A stretch of 37,507 bases of DNA, from positions 1-37,507 of the forward strand of contig DASUSU010000156.1 in NCBI GenBank assembly GCA_036374915.1, read 5' to 3'. Below the pieces are notes generated by a model. The model did not search any database, was not told the DNA's origin, and saw nothing but the letters and a program-made list of their open reading frames with translations. Below are positions 25,643 to 33,202 of the stretch, in pieces (position 1 is the stretch's first letter; each line of letters begins with the position of its first letter). The position numbers and the translations under genes are program-made. The DNA comes from Acidimicrobiia bacterium (GTDB lineage Bacteria; Actinomycetota; Acidimicrobiia; Spongiisociales; ZC4RG35).

Positions 25643-27082
25643 GTGAAACAGCTCTACATCGACGGCAAATGGGTCGACCCGCGCTCCGGGGAGAGCTTCG
25701 AGACGCTGAACCCGGCCACCGGCGAGGTCCTGGAAGTGGTCGCGTCGGCCGGTCCCGACGATGCCGCCGCCGCGGTAGCCGCGGCGCGGCGGGCGTTCGA
25801 CGACGGCACCTGGGGGGCGCAGTCGGCGCCGCGGGATCGCTCAACCCTGTTGTTCAGGGTGGCCGAGATCATCCGCCGCGACCGTGACCGGCTCGCCGAA
25901 CTGGAGACCCTGGACAACGGCAAGCCGCTCGGCGACTCGTATTGGGACGTGGACGAGGCGGCCTACATGTTCGAGTACTACGCCGGCTGGGCGACCAAGG
26001 TGATGGGCTCGATCCCGCCGGTGGGCCCGGAGGCGATGAGCCTGGTGATCAAGGAGCCGGTCGGTGTCGCCGCCCTGATCACGCCGTGGAACTACCCGAT
26101 CCTGATGGCGAGCCAGAAGGTCGCACCCGCCCTCGCCGCCGGCTGTACCGCCATCCTCAAGCCTGCCGAGCAAACCCCGCTCACCGCCCTCGAGCTGGCC
26201 CGCATCCTCGAAGAGGCCGGCGCGCCGCCCGGAGTGTTCAACCTCCTCACCGGTTTCGGCCCCGAGGCCGGGGCGCCCCTGGTCGCCCATCCCGGGGTGG
26301 ACAAGGTCTCGTTCACCGGCTCGGTGGAAGTGGGCAAGATCATCTCCCGCTCGGCATCGGACACTCTGAAGCGGGTGACCCTGGAGCTGGGCGGGAAGTC
26401 ACCGAATCTGATCTTCGCCGACGCCGACTTCGCCTCGGCGGTCGAGGGCACCTGCGCCGGGATCTTCGCCAACGCCGGTGAGATCTGCTCGGCGGGGAGC
26501 CGGGTGCTGGTGGACAAGGCGATCTACGACGACGCGGTGGCCGCGATGGTCGACAACGCGGCCCGGATCAAGGTAGGCAGCGGGCTCGACCCGGACACCA
26601 CGATGGGACCCCTGATCTCCTCCGAGCACAAGGAAACCGTGCTCTCCTATGTCGGGTCGGGCCGGGAGACTGCGGAGGTGGCCTATGAAGGCTCGCTTCC
26701 CACCGACCCAGGTCTATCCGGCGGCTATTTCATCCCGCCCACCATCTTCACCGAGGTGGCCAACGACGCCACGATCGCCCGCGAGGAGATCTTCGGGCCG
26801 GTGATGGCGGTGATCCCGTTCTCCGACGAGGACGAGGCGATCCGGATCGCCAACGACACCAGCTACGGGCTGGCCGCCGCGGTGTGGACCTCGGACGTGA
26901 AGCGGGCGATGAAGGTGGCCCGGGGGATCAGGGCCGGTGTGGTCTGGGTCAACGACAGCCAGCCGGCGCCGACCGAGTCGATCTGGGGCGGGTACAAGAC
27001 CTCGGGGGTGGGGCGCGAGCTGGGCCCCTGGGGCATCGAGTCGTATCTCGAAGAGAAGCAGATCTACCTCAACCTGGGATGA
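25643..27082 (+). CDS. NAD(P)-dependent aldehyde dehydrogenase (betaine-/aminobutyraldehyde-dehydrogenase-like)
   Basis: GTG 25643 lies 5 nt after GGAGG. Motifs ITPWNYP, FTGSVEVGK, LELGGKSP and catalytic GEICSAGSR. Confidence 0.9.
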   Translation: MKQLYIDGKWVDPRSGESFETLNPATGEVLEVVASAGPDDAAAAVAAARRAFDDGTWGAQSAPRDRSTLLFRVAEIIRRDRDRLAELETLDNGKPLGDSYWDVDEAAYMFEYYAGWATKVMGSIPPVGPEAMSLVIKEPVGVAALITPWNYPILMASQKVAPALAAGCTAILKPAEQTPLTALELARILEEAGAPPGVFNLLTGFGPEAGAPLVAHPGVDKVSFTGSVEVGKIISRSASDTLKRVTLELGGKSPNLIFADADFASAVEGTCAGIFANAGEICSAGSRVLVDKAIYDDAVAAMVDNAARIKVGSGLDPDTTMGPLISSEHKETVLSYVGSGRETAEVAYEGSLPTDPGLSGGYFIPPTIFTEVANDATIAREEIFGPVMAVIPFSDEDEAIRIANDTSYGLAAAVWTSDVKRAMKVARGIRAGVVWVNDSQPAPTESIWGGYKTSGVGRELGPWGIESYLEEKQIYLNLG

Positions 27083-28248
27083 GCAGCCTCCTCACCACCG
27101 CCGAGCTGGCACTGCAGGACCGGGCCCGTGCCTTCGTCGACGAGTTGATCCCCTGGGAGGTGGAGGCCGAGATGAACCGGGGAGAGATCCCCGAGGACGT
27201 GCTCACCGGGCACAAGGAGAAGGCCCGGGAGCTGGCGCTCACCTCGATCAACATGTCGGAGCGGCTCGGCGGCCCCGGGTACGGAATGCTGGCCCAGGTC
27301 CTGATCCAGGAGCAGACCGGTCGGGTCACCAATGCCCTGGGCTGGGTTGTGTCGACCGGGCCTTCCTGGATCGAGGAGGTGGCCACCGACTTCCAGATCG
27401 AGAGGTGGATCCGCCCCACCGTCTCCGGCGACATCCACGAGTGCTACGCCATCACCGAGGAGCGGGCCGGATCGGACGTGGACGGGATCGAGGCCACGGC
27501 GCGGCGTGACGGCGACGACTACGTCCTCAACGGGGTCAAGTGGCATGTCACCTCGGCCAATCTCGCCTCGTACGTGTTCTTCCAGGCCAAGTTGGCCGAT
27601 GGCCCCAATGCCGGGCGTCATGTCCTCTTCTTCGTCGACATGGACACGCCGGGCGTGGAGTGCGTCCGGGTCCCCGAGTACACCCATACCTACAGCCACC
27701 ATCACTGGGAGATGAGCTTCACCGACGTCCGGGTCCCGAGCGAGAACCTGGTGGGCAGCGAAGGCGACGGGATGAGCTTCTCCCATGCCTGGTTTCGCTA
27801 TGAGCGGCTGATGATCGCGGCCCGGTGTTGCGGGGCGGCGGAGCGTCTCATCACCGAGGCCACGAATTTCGCCGAGGAGCGCCAGGCGTACGGGTCGAGG
27901 ATCGCCGACTACCAGGCGATCCAGTTCATGCTCGCCGACTCCCTGACCGAGCTGTGGGCGGCACGGCTGATGACCTACGAGACGGCCCGGGCCATCGACG
28001 CCGGGGTCGACGTCAAGGTCCAGCACGCCCAGTGCTCCATGGCCAAGTTGTACGCCTCGGAGATGGCGAACCGGGTGGCCGACCGGGCGGTGCAGATCTT
28101 CGGCGGGCGTGGGTTCATGCGGGAGAACGTCGCCGAGCGCTTCTACCGCGAGCTCCGCGTCGATCGCATCTGGGAAGGCACCTCCGAGATCCAACGCCTC
28201 ATCATCGCCGACCAACTCCGCAAACGCGGGGTGGGGCCCCTCACCTGA
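27079..28248 (+). CDS. acyl-CoA dehydrogenase family flavoprotein
   Basis: ATGA overlap with the ALDH stop. Motifs YAITEERAGSD, FGGRGF and IWEGTSEIQ. Confidence 0.85.
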   Translation: MSSLLTTAELALQDRARAFVDELIPWEVEAEMNRGEIPEDVLTGHKEKARELALTSINMSERLGGPGYGMLAQVLIQEQTGRVTNALGWVVSTGPSWIEEVATDFQIERWIRPTVSGDIHECYAITEERAGSDVDGIEATARRDGDDYVLNGVKWHVTSANLASYVFFQAKLADGPNAGRHVLFFVDMDTPGVECVRVPEYTHTYSHHHWEMSFTDVRVPSENLVGSEGDGMSFSHAWFRYERLMIAARCCGAAERLITEATNFAEERQAYGSRIADYQAIQFMLADSLTELWAARLMTYETARAIDAGVDVKVQHAQCSMAKLYASEMANRVADRAVQIFGGRGFMRENVAERFYRELRVDRIWEGTSEIQRLIIADQLRKRGVGPLT

Positions 28249-28254
28249 ACGCGG

Positions 28255-29433
28255 TTACCTCAGCTCGCGGGTGGGGACTTCTGGCACCACGAGGCCCTTG
28301 CCCTGGTAGGCGTGGGCGATGATGTTGAGGAATTGGTAGACGGTTCCTTCCCAATTGCTCAGGGGACCGGGGCGGTAGCCACGATTCTTCACCCCGCGCA
28401 TCACCGACTCACAGGCCGCCCAATCCTCACGGTTGGTGATGTCCCAGAAGTCGACCGCATAGGCGGGGTCGAACCCGTCGCGCTCGAACGCCTCCGGGGG
28501 GAAGAGCCAGGAGCACTCGATCTGGGTCTGGTCGACCGAGATCGGGGTGAGTCGATGGGTCATGACGTAGTCGGGATGGAGCGAAAGGAGGAGGTTCGGC
28601 ATCACCGTCAGGTACCACACCTGGCGGGCCAGCTCGTCGTCCACGTTGCGGAACCTGACCCCGTTGGACGCTCCGTCGAGGGACATGGTGACTGCGTGAG
28701 GCTTCAGCTCCATGGTCCCGCCACACCACATCCCGGTCGGAACGTGGTCGTAGCCGCTGTCGGGAGGGGTCACCTCGCACAGCTCTGGGTGGATCGAGGA
28801 GCAGTGGTAACACTCGTTGTAGTTCTCGATGATGATCTTCCAATTGGCGTCGACCACGTACGAATGGGTGGCGGCGGTGACCAGTCGCTCGGTCTCATAG
28901 GGGGCGGCGATCTCGGCGAGATTGCCGAAATGGCCCTCGATCGGCTGTGCCTTCCCGGACAGGTCGATCCAGACCCATCCCCCGTACACCGCGACCCCGA
29001 GATCGATGAGCGGGTAGTCGGCCATGTCGAGGTTGTCGCTGCGGGTGAATTTGGGAGCGGTGCGCAGACTCCCGTCGAACCGGTAGGCCCAGCTGTGATA
29101 GGGGCAGCGGATCTGACGGGCATCGAAGGCGTCCCCGATCGGCGCCAGCTCGTGGCCGCGATGACGGCAGACATTGGAGAAGGCGCGCAGCTCCCCGCCG
29201 GGGTCCCTGCTCAACAGCACGCCCTCGCCGCCGACTTCGATCGCCCGCAGCTGTCCCGGGCCGACCAGCTCGTCGAGGCGCCCCACGCAGTTCCAGGTCT
29301 CCTGCCAGAGGTGCTCTCGCTCCCACGCCAGCACATCGGCGGAGAGGTAGGCGTCGGCGGGGAGGGTGAGGCTCGAGCCGAAGACGTCGAGCACCCTCGT
29401 GATCTGATCCTGATCGAGTGGTGCCGGTCTCAT
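28255..29433 (-). CDS. Rieske [2Fe-2S] non-heme-iron oxygenase, alpha subunit, copy 2 (paralog of 21202-22302)
   Basis: CRHRGHEL...CPYHSWAY and ENYNECYHCSSIHPEL. ATG 29433 is preceded by GGAGAG. Confidence 0.85.
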   Translation of the reverse strand: MRPAPLDQDQITRVLDVFGSSLTLPADAYLSADVLAWEREHLWQETWNCVGRLDELVGPGQLRAIEVGGEGVLLSRDPGGELRAFSNVCRHRGHELAPIGDAFDARQIRCPYHSWAYRFDGSLRTAPKFTRSDNLDMADYPLIDLGVAVYGGWVWIDLSGKAQPIEGHFGNLAEIAAPYETERLVTAATHSYVVDANWKIIIENYNECYHCSSIHPELCEVTPPDSGYDHVPTGMWCGGTMELKPHAVTMSLDGASNGVRFRNVDDELARQVWYLTVMPNLLLSLHPDYVMTHRLTPISVDQTQIECSWLFPPEAFERDGFDPAYAVDFWDITNREDWAACESVMRGVKNRGYRPGPLSNWEGTVYQFLNIIAHAYQGKGLVVPEVPTRELR

Positions 29434-29468
29434 TCCCGTTCTCTCCTGCCGCCGCCGTCCCCGCAGTG

Positions 29469-29492
29469 TATCCTGAACGACGAGTCAGGATA
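29469..29492. promoter_or_regulatory. island palindrome site, extended form: TATCCTGA-ACGACGAG-TCAGGATA
   Basis: Perfect 8-bp arms in the 77-bp divergent region. The core CTGAACGACGAGTCAG is 29473-29488. It abuts a minus-strand TACACT -10-like hexamer (29470-29465). Confidence 0.65.
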
Positions 29493-29510
29493 CCGAAAGG
29501 AAGGTGGCTC

Positions 29511-30875
29511 ATGTCCCCCGGGGACGGGCAAGTCTCGGCTCTCGACGACTTGATCGCAAGCGAAAGGCGCCATTTCCTGGAACGGGCGCCGAAGGCCACC
29601 GAGATGGGCGCTCGCGCCAGTCGGTCGCTGGCCGGAGGGGTCACCTCGAGCTGGCAGATCTCGGATCCTCAGCCGATCTGGATAGATCGGGGACTGGGAT
29701 CCCGGGTCTGGGACGTCGACGGCAACGAGTACGTCGATCTTCACGGGGGATACGGTGTGATGCTCGCCGGGCACGCCCACCCGGCGGTGGTTGCGGCGGT
29801 CTCGGATCGGGTCCGCAAGGGCACCCACTTCGCCCAGCCGACCGCCGACGCCATCGTCGTCGCCGAGGAGCTGTCGGCCCGATACGGTTTTCCCCTGTGG
29901 CGGTTCGGCAACTCGGGCACCGAGGCGACCATGGACGCCATCCACCTGATGCGTGCCATCACGGGCCGTGACCTGATCATCAAGTTCGAAGGCGCCTATC
30001 ACGGGCACCACGACACGGTGATGGTCTCGGTCTGGAACGAGGAGGGCCTGGGCTCGGTGCACCGCCCCAGGAGCCTGGCCTCGGGGAGCGGGATACCCCA
30101 GGCCATGGTCGATCTCACCCTGGTGGCGACCTTCAACGACCTCGAGGTCGCCCGCGCCCTGTTCGAGGAGAACGAGGGAAAGGTGGCCGGTGTCATCATC
30201 GAGCCGATTCTGCAGAACTGTGGCGTGCTCCTTCCCCAGCCGGGCTTTCTCGAGGGTCTGCGCGATCTGGCCCACCAACACGACGCCCTGCTCACCTTCG
30301 ACGAGGTCAAGACCGGGCTTACCGTCGGCAAGGGCGGCGCCACCAAGCACTACGGAGTCCAGCCCGACATCGTGTGCCTGGCCAAGGCGCTCGGCGGAGG
30401 TCTCCCCATCTCCGCCATAGGCGGGAGCGAAGAGGTGATGGGCAATATCGCCGACGGGACCTATGAGCAGGTGGGGACCTTCAACGGCAACCCGCTCTCG
30501 ATGGCCGCGGCCAGGGCGATGCTCACCGAGGTGATGGTTGACGAGGCCTACCAGCACCTCGCCCACATCCAGAGCCGGATGGAGAAGGGTGCCAACGAAG
30601 TGGTGGGGCGTCACAGGCTGACCGCCCACGTCGCGACCGCGGGCGCCAAGGGAAGTGTGATCTACTGCGCCGAGCCGATGCGGACCTATCGCGACTTCCT
30701 CGCCGTCGATGGCAGGTATGCCCAGGCCGCCTGGCTGTACCAGTTCAACCGGGGCGTGTTTCTCCCTCCGTGGGGCAAAGGCGAGCAATGGCTCCTCTCG
30801 GTGCAGCATTCCGACGAGGACGTGGACCGCTATCTCGAGACCCTCGACGGCTTCGCCTCGATCATCGCCCAATGA
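29511..30875 (+). CDS. class-III (GSA-aminomutase-like) PLP-dependent aminotransferase
   Basis: ATG 29511 follows AAGGAAGGTGG. Motifs DVDGNEYVDLHGGYG, FGNSGTEA, FEGAYHG and FDEVKTG (PLP lysine). Confidence 0.85.
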   Translation: MSPGDGQVSALDDLIASERRHFLERAPKATEMGARASRSLAGGVTSSWQISDPQPIWIDRGLGSRVWDVDGNEYVDLHGGYGVMLAGHAHPAVVAAVSDRVRKGTHFAQPTADAIVVAEELSARYGFPLWRFGNSGTEATMDAIHLMRAITGRDLIIKFEGAYHGHHDTVMVSVWNEEGLGSVHRPRSLASGSGIPQAMVDLTLVATFNDLEVARALFEENEGKVAGVIIEPILQNCGVLLPQPGFLEGLRDLAHQHDALLTFDEVKTGLTVGKGGATKHYGVQPDIVCLAKALGGGLPISAIGGSEEVMGNIADGTYEQVGTFNGNPLSMAAARAMLTEVMVDEAYQHLAHIQSRMEKGANEVVGRHRLTAHVATAGAKGSVIYCAEPMRTYRDFLAVDGRYAQAAWLYQFNRGVFLPPWGKGEQWLLSVQHSDEDVDRYLETLDGFASIIAQ

Positions 30876-30899
30876 GCCGGTCGTAGACTCGCCCGGCTC

Positions 30900-31961
30900 A
30901 TGAGCGGCGCCGTCGAACTGGTCGATTTGGAGAAGTGGTTCGGCGATGTCGCCGCAGTCGACCGAATCAGTCTTCGTATCGAGGATGGGGAGTTCTTCTC
31001 GCTGCTCGGACCGTCCGGGTGCGGCAAGACCACCACCCTCCGCCTGATCGCCGGGTTCGAGCGCCCCGATGCGGGGGCGATCATGATCGACGGGGCGGAC
31101 CAGGCGTCGATCCCGCCCCACAAACGCCCGGTCAACACCGTATTCCAGAGCTATGCGCTGTTCCCGCACATGGACGTGGCCGAGAACGTCGCCTTCGGGC
31201 TCCGCTACCAGGACGTCGGCAAGACCGAGGAGAGGGCGAAGGTGGGGGCGGCGTTGGAGCGGGTCCGGTTGACCGGGATGGAGAGTCGCAAGCCGACCCA
31301 GCTGTCAGGCGGGCAGCAGCAGCGGGTGGCCCTGGCCCGCTCTCTGGTGCTCAACCCTTCGGTTCTCCTCCTCGACGAGCCGCTCGGCGCCCTCGACGCC
31401 AAACTGCGCAAGGCCCTCCAGGTCGAGCTGAAGACACTGCAGGAGGACTTGGAGATCACCTTCATCTACGTGACCCACGATCAGGAGGAGGCCCTCACCA
31501 TGTCCGATCGGATCGCGGTCATGAGCGCAGGCCGGGTGGAACAACTGGGGACCCCTTCGGAGGTGTACGAGACGCCGACATCGAGTTACATCGCCGACTT
31601 CCTGGGGATCTCCAACCTGATGCCGGCGCTGTCCACCGGGCCGGGACGGATCGCCGTGGCGGGGCGGGAGATGACCTGTGTGCCCACCGGGGCAGTCAGC
31701 GGCGCGGTGACGGTCTGTATCCGGCCCGAGCGCGTCGAGCTGCACCCCCCGTCGTTCGTCGGGGACAACACCCTGTCCGGCGACATCGAGCGTGTGATCT
31801 ACGCCGGCGCCCTGCTCAACGTGCTGGTGAACATCGCCGACGTGGGCACGATCCAGGTCACCGTCCCGAATCAGGGCGCCGCCTTCGGCTTCGATTGGCC
31901 CGACCCTGTCGTCCTCCGCTTCCCCTCCGAGGCCCTGCGGATCGTTTCCACCGGCCCATAG
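30900..31961 (+). CDS. ABC transporter ATP-binding protein, PotA/CysA-like (no cognate permease or SBP adjacent)
   Basis: GPSGCGKTT, LSGGQQQRVALAR and LLLDEP motifs, plus a C-terminal TOBE-like regulatory domain. Confidence 0.85.
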   Translation: MSGAVELVDLEKWFGDVAAVDRISLRIEDGEFFSLLGPSGCGKTTTLRLIAGFERPDAGAIMIDGADQASIPPHKRPVNTVFQSYALFPHMDVAENVAFGLRYQDVGKTEERAKVGAALERVRLTGMESRKPTQLSGGQQQRVALARSLVLNPSVLLLDEPLGALDAKLRKALQVELKTLQEDLEITFIYVTHDQEEALTMSDRIAVMSAGRVEQLGTPSEVYETPTSSYIADFLGISNLMPALSTGPGRIAVAGREMTCVPTGAVSGAVTVCIRPERVELHPPSFVGDNTLSGDIERVIYAGALLNVLVNIADVGTIQVTVPNQGAAFGFDWPDPVVLRFPSEALRIVSTGP

Positions 31962-32899
31962 GCCGCGGTGAGATGCCGGCCGATCTCGGCCAGCATCGCG
32001 GCCAGTTCGGCAGGTTGGTCGACGGTGAACCGGAAGGGCAGCCCGAGCAGGTATCGGGCCAGCCAGCCGATGTCGTCGGCCCCGATCTCGAGTCGGCACT
32101 CCTCGGGCCCGAGATCCTCGAGGGCGCCCACCGTGGCGGGGATCATCCTGGTCGCCGACTCCAGCGGGGTGTGGAGACGCACGATCGCCCGGTGAGCCCA
32201 TGCCTCGATGGCGATACCGCGCTGCACCATCTCCACCGGGTCGGGCGCCTTGCGCTTGGCCGAGCGCATCCCGGTGGGCTTCGGGTCGTGCACCCGGTCG
32301 AGCCGGAAGGTGCGCCAATCGTCCCGGTCGAGGTCGAAGGCGACCAGGTACCAGCGCTGCCCGGTGTGGACCATCCGGTATGGCTCGGCATGTCGCTCGG
32401 TGCTGCGCATCTCGGCGTCGGTGTACCCGAATCGGATGCGGATGCCGCTTCGGATCGCCGAGGCGGCGATGGCGAGGGCGTTGTGGTCGACTCGGGCCGA
32501 CGGCTGTCTCGCTGTGCTGACGGTGGCCACCGACACGTCCTCGAGCCGGCTGCGGAGCCGGGGCGGGAGGACATGTTCCAGCTTGGCCAGGGCGGAGAGG
32601 GATGCATCCTCGAGCCCTCCCACCGCCGCGGTGGCGGCCACCCGGAGACCGACTGCCACGGCCAGGGCCTCCTCGTCGTCGAGCAGAAGCGGCGGGAGCT
32701 TTCCCCCGGCGCCGAGGCGATAACCACCGCCGGGCCCGGCCATCGCCTCCACGGGATAGCCGAGGGAGCGCAGTCTGGAGACGTCGCGACGGACGGTGCG
32801 CGGCGTCACTTCGAGACGCCGGGCCAACTCGTCGGCTGTCCAGTCGATCCTTCCCTCGAGCAACCCGAGCAGCTTCAGCAGTCGCTCCGCGCTGTCCAT
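31871..32899 (-). CDS. YafY-family transcriptional regulator (wHTH + WYL + C-terminal extension domain)
   Basis: ERLLKLLGLLEGRIDWTADELARRLEVTPRTVRRDVSRLRSLGYPV HTH, followed by a WYL-type core (RHAEPYRMVHTGQRWYLVAFD). The last ~30 codons overlap the antisense 3' end of the PotA-like gene. Confidence 0.85.
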   Translation of the reverse strand: MDSAERLLKLLGLLEGRIDWTADELARRLEVTPRTVRRDVSRLRSLGYPVEAMAGPGGGYRLGAGGKLPPLLLDDEEALAVAVGLRVAATAAVGGLEDASLSALAKLEHVLPPRLRSRLEDVSVATVSTARQPSARVDHNALAIAASAIRSGIRIRFGYTDAEMRSTERHAEPYRMVHTGQRWYLVAFDLDRDDWRTFRLDRVHDPKPTGMRSAKRKAPDPVEMVQRGIAIEAWAHRAIVRLHTPLESATRMIPATVGALEDLGPEECRLEIGADDIGWLARYLLGLPFRFTVDQPAELAAMLAEIGRHLTAAYGPVETIRRASEGKRRTTGSGQSKPKAAP

Positions 32900-32919
32900 C
32901 CGGTTGCATGCTCCTGGTT

Positions 32920-32944
32920 ATTGCGGACCAAAGCTGTCCGCAAT
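32920..32944. promoter_or_regulatory. putative operator ATTGCGGAC-N7-GTCCGCAAT
   Basis: Perfect 9-bp inverted repeat, 21 nt upstream of the WYL regulator start, in the 83-bp divergent region. A third half-site CTTGCGGAG is at 32954-32962. Confidence 0.55.
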
Positions 32945-32982
32945 GGATCGTAGCTTGCGGAGACGTAGAGGAAGGAAGAAGT

Positions 32983-33168
32983 GTGCTCCCCTTGGTCACG
33001 TACGAAATGATCCGGCAGATGGAAGAGGAGCGGCGTGACCGGTCGCTGCGACGGTTCAGATGGCGGTCGACCCGAACCCAGCCCGAGGTGGTGGCCGACG
33101 GCGTGGCCGACGTGATCGAGTTGGCCTTCGGAACCCGGTGTGAGATGGAGGAGCCGATTGGCGCCTGA
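32983..33168 (+). CDS. hypothetical small protein (61 aa)
   Basis: GTG 32983 follows GAGGAAGGAAG. Third codon positions are G/C-rich, as in neighbouring genes. No family recognised. Confidence 0.4.
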   Translation: MLPLVTYEMIRQMEEERRDRSLRRFRWRSTRTQPEVVADGVADVIELAFGTRCEMEEPIGA

Positions 33169-33202
33169 GTGGTCTCATCGTTCCGTCACCGATCTGGGGC
33201 CG

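Noticed and set aside
24023-27082. Very long N-terminal extensions of real genes: the 1019-aa ORF ending in the ALDH, the 839-aa ORF 11478-13997, the 828-aa ORF 22328-24814 and the 601-aa ORF 17272-19077.
   Set aside because: The extensions overlap well-supported neighbouring genes and are low-complexity. Family-typical N-termini begin at internal starts with an RBS or an ATGA overlap, so the genes were trimmed.
28245-28263. CTGAACGCGGTTACCTCAG between the convergent ACAD and Rieske-2 stops, resembling the island palindrome.
   Set aside because: Arm spacing is wrong (CTGA-N11-TCAG versus N8). It is made largely of the two stop codons, and it lies at two gene 3' ends where an operator makes little sense.
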